A stretch of 64,000 bases of DNA from Bugula neritina (lineage: Eukaryota > Animalia > Bryozoa), in contig OZ037768.1 of NCBI GenBank assembly GCA_964035545.1, positions 13,835,675 to 13,899,674 of the forward strand, in the 5' to 3' direction. The position numbers were made by a program, and so were the translations under genes. Positions within the stretch are counted from its first letter, which is position 1, and each line of letters starts with the position of its first letter. Below the pieces are notes generated by a model, which saw nothing but the letters and a program-made list of their open reading frames with translations, was not told where the DNA came from and made no database searches. Below, one piece after another: positions 13,901 through 26,100 of this stretch.

Positions 13901-16900
13901 AGCATATCCAGAAGCTGAAAAACCAACAGTCCGTTAACACATCAGTTTGTTACCCTAAGAATTTGCATGCATGCAGTAAAACGGGTGTGCATATGTTTTA
14001 TATTTGCATCTAAGAAACCAGCCTAAATTAAAAACTAAAGATGTGGAGACTTCAACAAAGTCATGTCAAAACAGGAAAACAAATATTCAGTACTCAACAA
14101 TAAAGACATGTTGAACTTACAATTTTGGAGTAGAGTATGAGCACCTTTTTACACAGCTCAGAGGCGTCTGTAGAGTCAGAAAATATATTTCCTGAAACAA
14201 CGGCAAAATACTCAGAGACTCGAAATACACATAGCAAAACTACTATCCAGTGAAGCTGAATATTGAAAATAGTGCAAAAAATAGCGACGAAAACATTGTT
14301 GAAGATAAAAGAAAACATTGAAGCACAGAAATGTAACACAAACCTTTTGCTAATAAATTTTCTATTCCACAAATACAAAGCTGGATGAATAGGTTGACGC
14401 TGTCGCAGGCACCTGGGTTTTTGAATCCGTAGACCACAAGTTTCCTTAACACTAACCACAGAAGAGGGCATTGAAAAATCAATATCAAATAAGGTTGACA
14501 TTAAAAACACTTACATAGACTATAGAGAGTGCATAGCTAAAAGAAATGGGAAATCAAGATGGCAGTCGCAAAAATCACATAAGCTTTTCGTAAGAGTCCC
14601 AGTAAATTGAGAACTTTTAGCAGGCTACAAGTTTGACAATATGACAATGTAAATTTCCCAGTCAGTAAAAAGGCAGATATGAGTGAATTCGTTAATTCGC
14701 CCTAACAAATCTAATCTAAAGTAGCCTAAACATTCGCACATACAAAGTATGCCAACTCAATGCTGCTTATCAAGCTAAGGCTGCTGGTGATAACGCAAAC
14801 TCAGAAAGTTTTCAAAAATCTATTTAATGAACTTATTATAAACACCAGTATGCGTGTACCTTTCAAAGTAAGGTGAGCATACTCGAGCATCAAATGAGCT
14901 CTCTGTAGATTATTCCCTGTTAAATATTCATCAAACTGATTCATCTGGCCCGTCCACAGGTCCAGCATAAATTGAAAAATTCCATTCGTCAGCTGAAAAT
15001 ATTCATTAAATACAAATAAAGTAAAACTCAAGTTTTATCGACAGTACAATCTACTAATTCACTTCATCTGTTAAACCGAAGGCACATTCATAAGAAACAT
15101 CAGCCACTGTACTCGTTCAAAACCCTGAAACAGCTATTGACTACAGGTCGAGTAGTAAATGCATTAGAAATACAAAACATAGTTGTAAAATAATGCCCAA
15201 ATACTTACAATAGAAAGCACATTTAAAACAATATCATCACATATTTTCTATTACAATCAGCATACTTTAAAACTGCTAGCAGAGCTTAAACTTAAATACC
15301 TCCTCAAAGACTTTCCTGTCGTGAGCAAGGCGTCTAGAGGACAAACACTTGACGACTTGATACAGAGACAGCAATATTCTCTGCTGCCTTAACTCATCAT
15401 TTACAGTCCTGATGGCATCCATGAGAGCAGGAAGAAGTTCTGGCCACTGTTTAGGACAATCTAGTCGAGCAATTTTTCCAATGACAACAGCCAGTTGTAT
15501 TGCTAACTAAATGAAGATAAATTTTTTTTAATAATGTAATGCAATAGATATAAAGCAATATATGTTAACAGAGCAGGTATCACATTACATGAAGAAAATA
15601 AATTACACAAAACCTGCCTGATTAATAGGTTCGTGAAAATTTTCAAGCAGCATCTGCTTTATTTTTGCTTTTTCTTCATCATTGATGGCTCTAAAACAAT
15701 CCAGGAACAATATCACGTTTTACAAATGCATTTACGCTTCAATAATTAGAAAATTATAAGACACTGAGCGACATCAAAAAGTTTATAGAAACCTACCCAG
15801 GAGACAGTCTTCTCCAATACCTATCCACACCATTTTTTAAATATAAGATTGCTTGCCACCTTATCTTGACCTCCACACCTTTGTTAGAGAATACACTCTG
15901 TAAAATTCCAATAGCACTATCTAGCATCTATATAATTATCAGAAAAGAAGCAAAAGACTGAGTATTGCAATTATTGAATAAAAGAACAAACTACAAGACT
16001 CGACGAGCTAATGTGCAGGTAGTCGCAAATGCCATAGTTAAGGGGATGAGGACGATACTGATTGAGTAAAAGTAGGCCGTCTATAGTACTAAAAGCTTCA
16101 ACCATCATAGAACTCATTGCCAGTACATAACTATTTACCGTATTTAACTTTAAAAAAAATAATTTGTATAGCAGATTCAAAATGAATTTACACAATTGTA
16201 TAACATCCAATTGAAAGTATGCAAAGTTTGTTTACATAGTAAATTTTAGTTGGTAGAATTAGATGTGATAATTTATCAAAAGGTTACTTGTAGAATTATA
16301 GATTTAATGTTTGTTTAACACATATTTCAATAACAACTGCTACCATATACAGGCAGTTTTCCGAAAAACATGACACATTTTTATTTTAACAAACTTTAAC
16401 AACTTTTTAAACTCAATTAAAATTCATAATGCTTTTAGAAAATCGCTTCATTACTAAACTTCTTGTTCAAATCAAGATTTTTAAACAACTCACAGATATA
16501 AAAGATTACACTTAGAAACGAAACTGATTCGACTTTCATCATGTTCTTATATAAAAAACGGTATAAAGCAAAATTTGATGACTTATGAAAAATATAAATA
16601 TACTTTGACTTTACTTACTTATTTTTAAGCTAAGCCTCTACATGCAAGTGAAAGCGGATTGTCATAAAAAATAAACTTTATTACAATCTAGTCAACAAAA
16701 GCAAAGCTAAACCTGCTGATCTTGACAAAGCTGAAAAATGTCAGTCCTTCACAACTGTAGAATATATATGCAGTATATTCTCATACCATAAGCAGAGTGT
16801 AAAATCCTGGTTCACTCTCCCACACCTTTAGTTGTTTCTCAGCAGATCTAAGTATTTCTGCATCCTGGCTTGTTGCTTTGTGAAGGACATCCAGAACAAG

Positions 16901-16921
16901 ATTACCATTTTCTTCATTCAT
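4974..16921 (-). CDS. IPO11: Importin-11 (importin-beta family, HEAT repeats), about 24 exons
   Basis: N-terminus MNEENGNLVLDVLHKATSQDAEILRSAEKQLKVWESEPGFY. Internal motifs LYLKNGVDRYWRR, EPINQ..IQLAVVIGKIARLDCPKQWPELLP, LWESDPEDY, RRVLWLIGMW, HVYLLEDGLLLWQAVL and HSERRKVCAL. Last exon SLKDPVF..QLQDFMVQI-stop. All recognisably IPO11-like. Confidence 0.93.
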
Positions 16922-17089
16922 CTTTCTGTGGATATTTTATTATAGTTTTTCTACTGTAGTAGACTAAAAGACAAAACTGAAAAGGTTTAAAAATTTGCTT
17001 GTTTCAACTCTGTCACAAATAAGCAAAAGATATGTTTCATAAACAAGTTGATTTTGCAATGAAAAGAAAAAATAGTTTTTTATTAGTAA

Positions 17090-17150
17090 TCAGTGTGTGT
17101 GCATAGGTGTGTGTGTACGTATGCATGTATGTATGTATATATGTATATAC
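17090..17150. repeat. (TG)n/(TATG)n compound microsatellite
   Basis: gtgtgtgtgcataggtgtgtgtgtacgtatgcatgtatgtatgtatatatgtatatac. Confidence 0.7.
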
Positions 17151-17517
17151 AGAATAAGAAAAGTTCTGGGAGCAAAACTAAATGAACAAAAGAGGATAAA
17201 TAAATAAATATATAGAAAGTTACAGTAGTGTAGCGCACAATCGGAACACTGAACTAGACCACTAATACGCTGAAAGAGATGGATAAAAAGACAAAGAAAC
17301 TCCACCCAAAATCAAATGTGGGTAGACTGTATGCTAGCAGGAAAGAAGGCTGCAAAGGAAGAATTTGAAGAATCAATGTTAAATAATGTGACTTGTTAGA
17401 TAACATAAAGAGAGGCCACCAAGACACAATATTAAGTAACTTCTCAAAGAATATAAGCGCAGCAAAACTAAAAAAATGACAAAATTACTGAAATAACTGG
17501 CTAATGGAAAGAAAAAA

Positions 17518-17554
17518 GGTGTCATTCCAGATAAACACTTCCTAATTAGACGCT
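17518..17554 (+). mobile_element. Second, diverged copy of the left TIR of the 423-909 MITE family
   Basis: GGTGTCATTCCAGATAAACACTTCCTAATTAGACGCT versus GGTGTCATCCCAGATAGATGCTTCCCACTTAGACGCT at 423-459. No matching right TIR found nearby. Confidence 0.65.
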
Positions 17555-18429
17555 AGGCTAAATTTACCACTTACACGTTTTTTGATATTTATCAATTATT
17601 TGATGTATGAGTCATACATTAGTACACACTGATACATAGATTAAATTTAACATAAAACATTAATCAAAATAAAATCAAGAAATAAATGCATGTTCAATAA
17701 TCATACAAAAATAAATATCAATGCATATTGTGATGGCCGTAGGATATGGCGTGCTATCCCCCTTCCTCTATCATACTTGGAATCCAGAATATGCATTCTA
17801 TCTTATGACAGTTTATTGTATCATGGATAATTTATGCAGCACTTTGAGATGCCGCACTGAAGCACGGCGGCCCATGCTGCAGCCTGACAACCTGAACCCG
17901 CGGGGCTAACCAGCATGAAACTTTCCTTTATAAGCAGGACATTCTGTACGCCCGGTGACACTTGGCTAGTAGGATTACTAACACAATTACTCGTGTGTAG
18001 CTTTTACTAACGTTATTGACTTTTATCTTGATGCTACTATAATTTTAAAGTGTTGTAAAGATAGTTTATTCTCTCACAGATTACAAGTCTAGTTCTCTCT
18101 TTCAAACACAAAGAGTATGTTCTAGCTTTGCAACACACGCAGTAGTTTTCCTGTGTAACATACAACAATATATCATAATAGATAATCATAATACATTAAT
18201 ATAAAACATTTACCAACAGGTGACATGGGAGGTGTGAAAGATGCATTCTGGGAATGGGATGTAATAAATAAGTAAACTAGTATCACTATCATTCAAGTGC
18301 TTATCCAATGGATTAATTTATTATTCATTTTGTGTACCAAATGGATAGTATTTGTGTACGAAAAGACCATTTTGTATCCGAAACTACCAGTGTACGACTT
18401 GCTACCAAATGACAGTAACTCATTTATTA

Positions 18430-18975
18430 CAGTCACAGCGTGAGTGTTACTATTCGTATTACTATCAGTTGTTATAATTAGACTTACACTTAGATTTAAT
18501 ATTATTATTACTATTAGTGATCCTTGCTAATACTATTAGTATTAGTGTATTACAGTATCAGTATTAGTATAGTAATAGTAATGGTATAAGTATTACTAAT
18601 ACTAATAGCATTAATTAAAATTAATCCGATAAATAATCTCATAGTCATAGTGATAGTAAGCTCAAAACTAAATTAATACTAATACTAATAGTAATAGTAA
18701 TATTAATATAAGACCAAGTATTACTATTGGCATTACTAATACTACTAGTATTACTATTAGTATTACTAATACTAATAGTAATAGTAATACTTAGTCTTAT
18801 AGTTACAGTTATATTAATATTATTAATAATAATATTTACTTTTGTAGCCATATCCTATCGATATTTAAAGTGATATTCTTACTATTAGTAATACTCATAG
18901 TAATACTGGCAGTGACTGTGAGTAAAGTTACATCATAGACATAATAACTATTTAATTGATAATAAACATTAGTAT
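18430..18975. repeat. (TAN)n / TATTAG-TAATAG low-complexity tract
   Basis: Triplet/hexamer periodic ACTATT/AGTATT/AGTAAT. Contains a 16-bp-stem hairpin at 18749-18783. Confidence 0.75.
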
Positions 18976-20192
18976 CACTAATTTTTATTTTAAATCAATT
19001 TTTAAAATAAAAATTAAATTCAATGAATTCTATTACATTTAATAATTAATATTATATAATCTAAAATATATTAATAACTATTCCTATCAATTTTTACTAA
19101 TATGTTGATTGTACTTGGTTTACTTACAAAATGATACTACACTTATCTACGGCTATACCGTATACCTACACGTATTGATATTCATATTCAAATTGACATT
19201 GCAGTTGCTTTTTGTTTTTATCATTTTCGCGAAACATGAATGGACTTGCCTCGCGGCAGAAACGACCTTGAAATGCAACCGTAGCAGTAACTTAATAATT
19301 ACAGTATTATAGCCCTAGATTAACCTTCTATCTAAATTTTAGGTAAGATAACTCTGTGTTTTTAATTGCGTTTTTTAGGTTTAAGATTTAAAAGGTATGA
19401 TATTATATTATGATAGCATTACAGTTATGGTTTGATCTACCGTGCATATAATGTAGACTGGCAACTCTACATTTTTGGCAAAACCACATTGCAGTTTCAT
19501 ATATTGATTATGATTACAGTATACTTGTTTGATCAGTACAGTACCCCTATGCTCATAAGTTACTTATTATTCATAAACCACTGTAATTGACAAACTTGAC
19601 TTCCTTTATTGTAGAAAATTCAGTTAAGTTGTGCTTGCATTCTTTATTCTATGCCAGATCATATTTTTCATTGCGATAACTGAGACATTCCATAAAAGAA
19701 AAATAATACCAACGGCTCAAACAAGCTTAACTAAAACAAATAATTATGTGTGAAAATCTATCAAGTGCTGGCATGTTTCAAACACAAAAATAAACACTCT
19801 CTACTCATCTACAGTACAAATCATATTAGTATAGTAACATTTGCATATACTTTAAGATGAAAAGAAATTAAGATTAGTCTCTACTGGCATTATATAAAAT
19901 ACAAAATAGGGTAAAAATATCATTTTCAAATTAAAAGACACCTGCAAAATGTTACAAACCATATTAGACAATGAAGTGAAATGTGCCAATAATGATAGAA
20001 TAAGCAAAACTACGAAATTATAGACAGTAATATTTAGTGTTACTAAATGTTGTAACAGGATTGTAGACTTCACAGATTAGGGCTTTAGTTCAACTCAAGC
20101 TTGTAGGTCATGAACAAGATATTCAGCAGTATGAATAAAATATAGTATAAAAAAGTGTATATAAGTAAGCTAAGTGAGTGAACTAAAGGACG

Positions 20193-23100
20193 CTATAGTC
20201 CACCCCCACTTCTCACTGTGTCAATAGGTTTCCTATGCATATTGATAGCTGAGGCTAGCCTGCTATGTGAAACTGAGCCTTCCTTCATTGCCGACATCAG
20301 CTAAAAGTATGAAGAGAACAATTGAAAGTATAAACATATTTAAATTGGTTAATTTATATCAATTGAAAAACCGAGCTGTGAAATGCAGTAGTGGGAATAA
20401 ACACAGGTAAAACTGACATACCTGCAAAAATTCTGATTCATCAATTCGGCCATTTTTATTCAAATCCACTTCTTTGAGCATGTCAGTTAGCATAGCATCA
20501 GATATTTCCTGGCCTTGACTCTGACAACATAAAGTAAAAGCTTTTATAAGTACAACAAACAACAGCATCTAAACAGACAATGTGTGCAAGTATTTTATGT
20601 ATAACAATATCAACATACACACATTAGACTTCACAAACTCCTATAACTAATTCAATTCTTACCGTTTCTCACTGTAACTGTTTTAATCCTTGCAGGTAAC
20701 AGGCTATAACTAATCCCATATATATGTGAAAACATGTATTCTAAGATTTTACCGAAGTGCCTAAATGGTTTGTAAAATTAACTAAAAAATATGTCCGGAG
20801 TTATTATTTACAGCAAATAAACTAGATATTGATTACTAGCAACGCATGAAAAAAGGTGGCGGGCTATGAATAACAGGGATATGAATGAGCGGAGTGGCAA
20901 TTATGATAGTACAACACTGCGATTAGTGAAATTTCCAGTCACTACATGCAATCAAGTAAAACAGGCACAATGACCTCTAAGGTATTCTGGCTGCCTTCAT
21001 AGTTCATTGCTACAACATATAGTAGCAGCTTAAATAGAATGAGTAGATTATTTCATGCAGTCAGTTAAGAGAATTAGTGGTCTAGGGGTTAGAGCACTGG
21101 TCTAGCAAACAAGAGATTGATAGTTGGGTTCCAGCACACACCATTGGTGATGTTAAGAAGGGCATTTGATCATAATTGCTCCTGTGCCACTATAGAAACA
21201 AGTCCTTAAAGAAAACCCTTTACCATCAAGAGTTCTCACCAGGATGGTGACTTTAAAAAACATGTTAGACTTGCCAATGCATGATTGCTATAATAGTTAC
21301 ATGGCAAGTTAGGAGGCACAATTATGTAGGCACATTCCTAGTGCATATGAGCTTCTTTTTCCAATGAAGATTCATTAGAGAGTAGGAAGTGAACTAAGTA
21401 AATATTCATAACCTGATGATTCATTGGCCAAAAATTGGCATCTTTTTTATAAATAATAACGAAATTTTATCAGATAAAAACTCAAACTTAAGCAATTAAA
21501 CCATTTTTTCATTTCTATAAACTGTGCGACACTGAATGAGAACCATTTACAACATGGGCAGTGTTTGCGCCAATTGAGGGGAGGGGGCTTCAAATACCCG
21601 CTTTAACAAGTCAAGCTTAAACTGACACTGACACCTACCTTCATGTGTCGTCTCAGATCATTTAGAGAAATGTAGCCTTTGCGGTCACAGTCAATACGCT
21701 GAAACTGTTTTAGAAAAGATTCTCTATCAGCTTCTGATAACTGAGGAGTCAAGCTGTTTATTTTATCTTTTAGGTGAAGCCCCATTTCTTTGTCCAGGAA
21801 CTGGAGACAATATTCATGCTCTTCCTACATAACATTAAACCTACTATGATTGCTGGCTTAGAAGACAATGAAATACATAATTAGAGGATACTAAACACTC
21901 ATTGCAAGAGCTCTAACATTTCCAATTTTATTTAAGCTGATTGAATGATCAAGCCATAGTCTACATGACACAGGATATATATGAATATTACTTTGCATTT
22001 CTGTTTACTCCAGCCAAGCTCTTTGCCCATGATCTCTACAATTTTAGGTACGGCTTGCTCGGCTGCAGCTACATTAAGGAAAGCTAAACGGGTTCTCCTG
22101 GCTACAATGTCTAATGCCCTCCTCGCATACTCCATCCTGACTGCATAGACTACCTGAACAGACAAAAACATGGCGGACTCATTAGGAGCTTGTCTCAAGA
22201 TAAGACAGGTCTGCAGTAAGAAATAATAACTTTCTTCACCTTATAGAACATCAAAAACTTTATATAATTTAAAAAATAAAAACTCGTGACTGAATAGATT
22301 AATGTTAGCACCTCTGCTTCAATGTACGGGAAATCAGGATGGAGACGCCGGCCAACCACGGGCCAGGTGAGGCCAGTCATCTGTGCCAGCTCACATAACT
22401 TGAAAGCTCGGTCACCATATATGGATGATAAATGTTCAGCAACCTGCAAAGTATCTCTTCGACTTGAATCAAGAAGCACCAACAGCATATACATATAAGG
22501 TAAGAACAGGAGTGGTGCTTTAGCATAATATAAAAAACTATAACATACATATCTCTAAACCAGCTAGCACATTTCAAACTCAAAACTTACATCTATCCAA
22601 CATAAAAACATAGACAACTATGTACTATTTACGAAATACAACAAGACTCAATATCAATTGCAGAACAACTTACAGCCACGTCGATTCCGAAAGTCTGCAC
22701 TAATTTAACGTGCATTGTTGGCGACCAGTCATGAGCTCCATCAAGAAGCAAGCCACTTGTTTGGCATGAGCGGGAAGGCTTCAAGTTACACACATCCACA
22801 GCTTTATCAACGGTCTCTTGAGCCATTTCTCGATAGGTCGTCCATTTTCCACCTACATAATACATTACACCATGTTTGTATAGGGATATTACTTTTATAT
22901 GCATTATTATATTCCTTTGAACACAAAACTTGATATTCTCTGCCATACTAGTGAACACATACCAGCAATAGTGATAAGGTGGTCGTCTCCTATTTCTATA
23001 ATGTGATTACGAGCCAATGACTGAGTGTCTTTCTTATTGGGATCCATTACAAGAGGCCTCAGGCCAGTCCAGCATGACAAAACATCCCCACGTCTTACTG

Positions 23101-26100
23101 GCAGGCAAAAACAGCAACACGTAAATAAAGTCTAAAATCTTTTGATAGTATATAAAACAAATCTCCTCATACGAAATAGATCTTATGATAAAAAAGAGGC
23201 TTTATTTGACTTGCCTTTTACATCATCATTCAAATAGCCCTTAATCTCTCCTAGAATAAACTGAACTTCTTCCTCTGTTGGAGAAGGGTTGTCTGTGAGC
23301 TCACATTTGGTGTCTGTAGTACCGGCAACTGTTGCCCCTTGCCAAGGGAGGAAAAATATCACTCTGCCATCACTAGTATTCGGATCCAATAGGCCCATCT
23401 GCTCAGAGCTGCATAACACACCATTAGTAGGTGTAGCAGGTGCAAGTATGTCACCTCAATGTCAGTTTGAGTTTAAATCAAACTAAATGTTGGCAATGCA
23501 GCAGTTTAGACTTTAGATTAATAGAAAACCTAACACCTATAAAAACCCACTACATATACCAATTCATCATACATATTCAACAGAACCTTGATCACCCCAA
23601 GGTAAAGCCATGAACTTTTCATTATTATAGTATCACTGGGAATTGTTTTACATAAAAGGTGCAGCAAGGTTTCGTGAGTATAAACTAGCAGCTACTCCAG
23701 AAGTATTCATAGAATAAAATGCTTAAATATTCTCAAAAATTGCAAGTTCTGTGAAGCCATGAAAAGGTACAAACTGAGGGTCACATCCCACACATCAGCT
23801 GTGCATACTAATCACTCAAATAGGATTGAAGTTGACAACAGCACAAATAGAATCATATATTTTACTAGCACTACATTTAAAGCTGAACACCGAACAAATG
23901 TAAGCACTTTTAAGCAAAGTCAGAAATACTAATTGCTCATGTTAATAGGTTTGAAATTCTAGCAGAAATGTAATTGTTAGTATTATAAATCTTGCACTAC
24001 TACAAAAAAAGCACAATTACACAGGTTATTAATCAGCTACATTGCAATCACAACTATCCAATACAATTGAAATTTCTGGGAAACAAAAAGATAAAAAAAT
24101 TTTCAGAAACATTTCGATCGCTTTCTTTTTAGGGCCTATGATAAGTCTCTGTATAAAAATCCCTTTTAGTTCAACAATAGAATAAGTGTTGAAAAATGTT
24201 TTTAGAAATGGATTTATATGTGGATGGTGATAACTAAAGATCAGTAAAATTAATGGCCTGTATTCTCTTAAGAGGTTTTCTTAAACACCTGTTGAATTAC
24301 CAGATATGGTACATCATGTTGTTTGCATTATGCATGTTAGTGAAACTACTCTTGAAACGCATCTATGCATTGAGTGCTTACACTTGTAAGGATGACAACA
24401 GCATTATAAAACTATTATAATATAATGCATCATTTCCTTGCATATCTGTTACAGCGTGCTTAAAAGGCATAAGAAACAAAAGTAAAAAATGATTCTCACC
24501 CGCAGTGAATTGAGGTAGCACTACAACAATATGACACATGCGCTATGTACAGCATGAAATAGCATTTTGTTTTGTCAATACTAATTCTATACAGAAATCA
24601 TAACAAAAATGCACATACAACAGTGAGAACAGAAATGCAGACATAGAAAGATGGTGTTGAAATGTTTATGGTAACTCTGAATTATATCTTTCCAACCCCA
24701 TTAAGTAAGAGCCATAATATACTCATACATTTACACATTCCTCCACAAAGAGAACACAAATCTACAAGTCAGCTAACAAACAAAGTAGTTTATGTTGTCT
24801 ATAAGGTCTTGCTTTCTGTTTACAAGGCCATGCATGATGACTGCATAACTTCTTCCATATTACAGAATATCAAACCATAATAAAGAAAACCGTATTAAGG
24901 TTCAACACATTAACAACAGTATGCAATGAAACACTTACTCCCTCACTAAAAGTTACTAACTTTAAATATACTTGTAAAATGTAATTCAGGCTTTTGCAAA
25001 GTGAATATTCTACATATGTATTAAAAAATACTGGAAAAGTGTAAAAAATATCACAATAAACACAGATTTAAACCTAATGCCCCATTTAAATAAAAACAAA
25101 TAACATTACATAATCCTCACTGGAGAGAGTTTTATTCTATCCAAGTCGGGATATCTGGTCAAAGACTGGACTAAATCTAGTAAACTAGATTTCAGCTGAT
25201 AGTAGACATCAGTATATGTAGGTGCTGAGTGTATGTAGGTGCTGAGTGTATGTAGGTACTGAGTGTATATAGGTACTGAGTGTATGTAGGTACTGAGTAT
25301 ATGTAGGTGCTGAGTGTATGTAGGTGCTGAGTGTATGTAGGTACTGAGTGTATATAGGTACTGAGTGTATGTAGGTACTGAGTGTATGTAGGTACTGAGT
25401 GTATGTAGGTACTGAGTGTATGTAGGTACTGAGTATATGTAGGTGCTGAGTGTATGTAGGTGCTGAGTGTATGTAGGTACTGAGTATATGTAGGTACTGA
25501 GTATATGTAGGTAGAGTGTATGTAGGTGCTGAGTGTATGTAGGTGCTGAGTGTATGTAGGTGCTGAGTGTATGTAGGTAGAGTGTATGTAGGTGCTGAGT
25601 GTATGTAGGTAGAGTGTATGTAGGTACTGAGTGTATGTAGGTACTGAGTGTATGTAGGTGCTGAGTATATGTAGGTACTGAGTGTATATAGGTACTGAGT
25701 GTATGTAGGTACTGAGTGTATATAGGTACTGAGTGTATGTAGGTACTGAGTGTATATAGGTACTGAGTATATGTAGGTACTGAGTGTATGTAGGTACTGA
25801 GTGTATGTAGGTACTGAGTATATGTAGGTACTGAGTGTATGTAGTTACTGAGTGTATGTAGGCACTGAGTGTATGTAGGTACTGAGTATATGTAGGTACT
25901 GAGTGTATGTAGGTACTGAGTGTATGTAGGTACTGAGTGTATGTAGGTACTGAGTGTATGTAGGTGCTGAGTGCATGTAGGTACCTATCATTTATTCGAC
26001 AAGCCCAAGTTGCCAATACTCGCTATGCAGCATCATTCTGCAACAGGGAGTAAGCTAACAAAGGGTAAAACAATTCTTACTGTGAATTAGTTTAGCCATT

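Noticed and set aside
18645-18851. Ile/Asn/Ser/Thr-rich ORF (similarly 52212-52490)
   Set aside because: Artefact of the (TAN)n low-complexity tracts.
21069-21140. tRNA gene
   Set aside because: Only degenerate A/B boxes and no complete cloverleaf; continues into a SINE core.
25210-25984. CRISPR-like array (also considered for 46305-46451)
   Set aside because: Head-to-tail repeats with no unique spacers, eukaryotic intronic context and no cas genes.
25192-26016. 274-aa repetitive protein
   Set aside because: Entirely produced by the 17-bp intronic minisatellite; non-ATG start and no unique domain.
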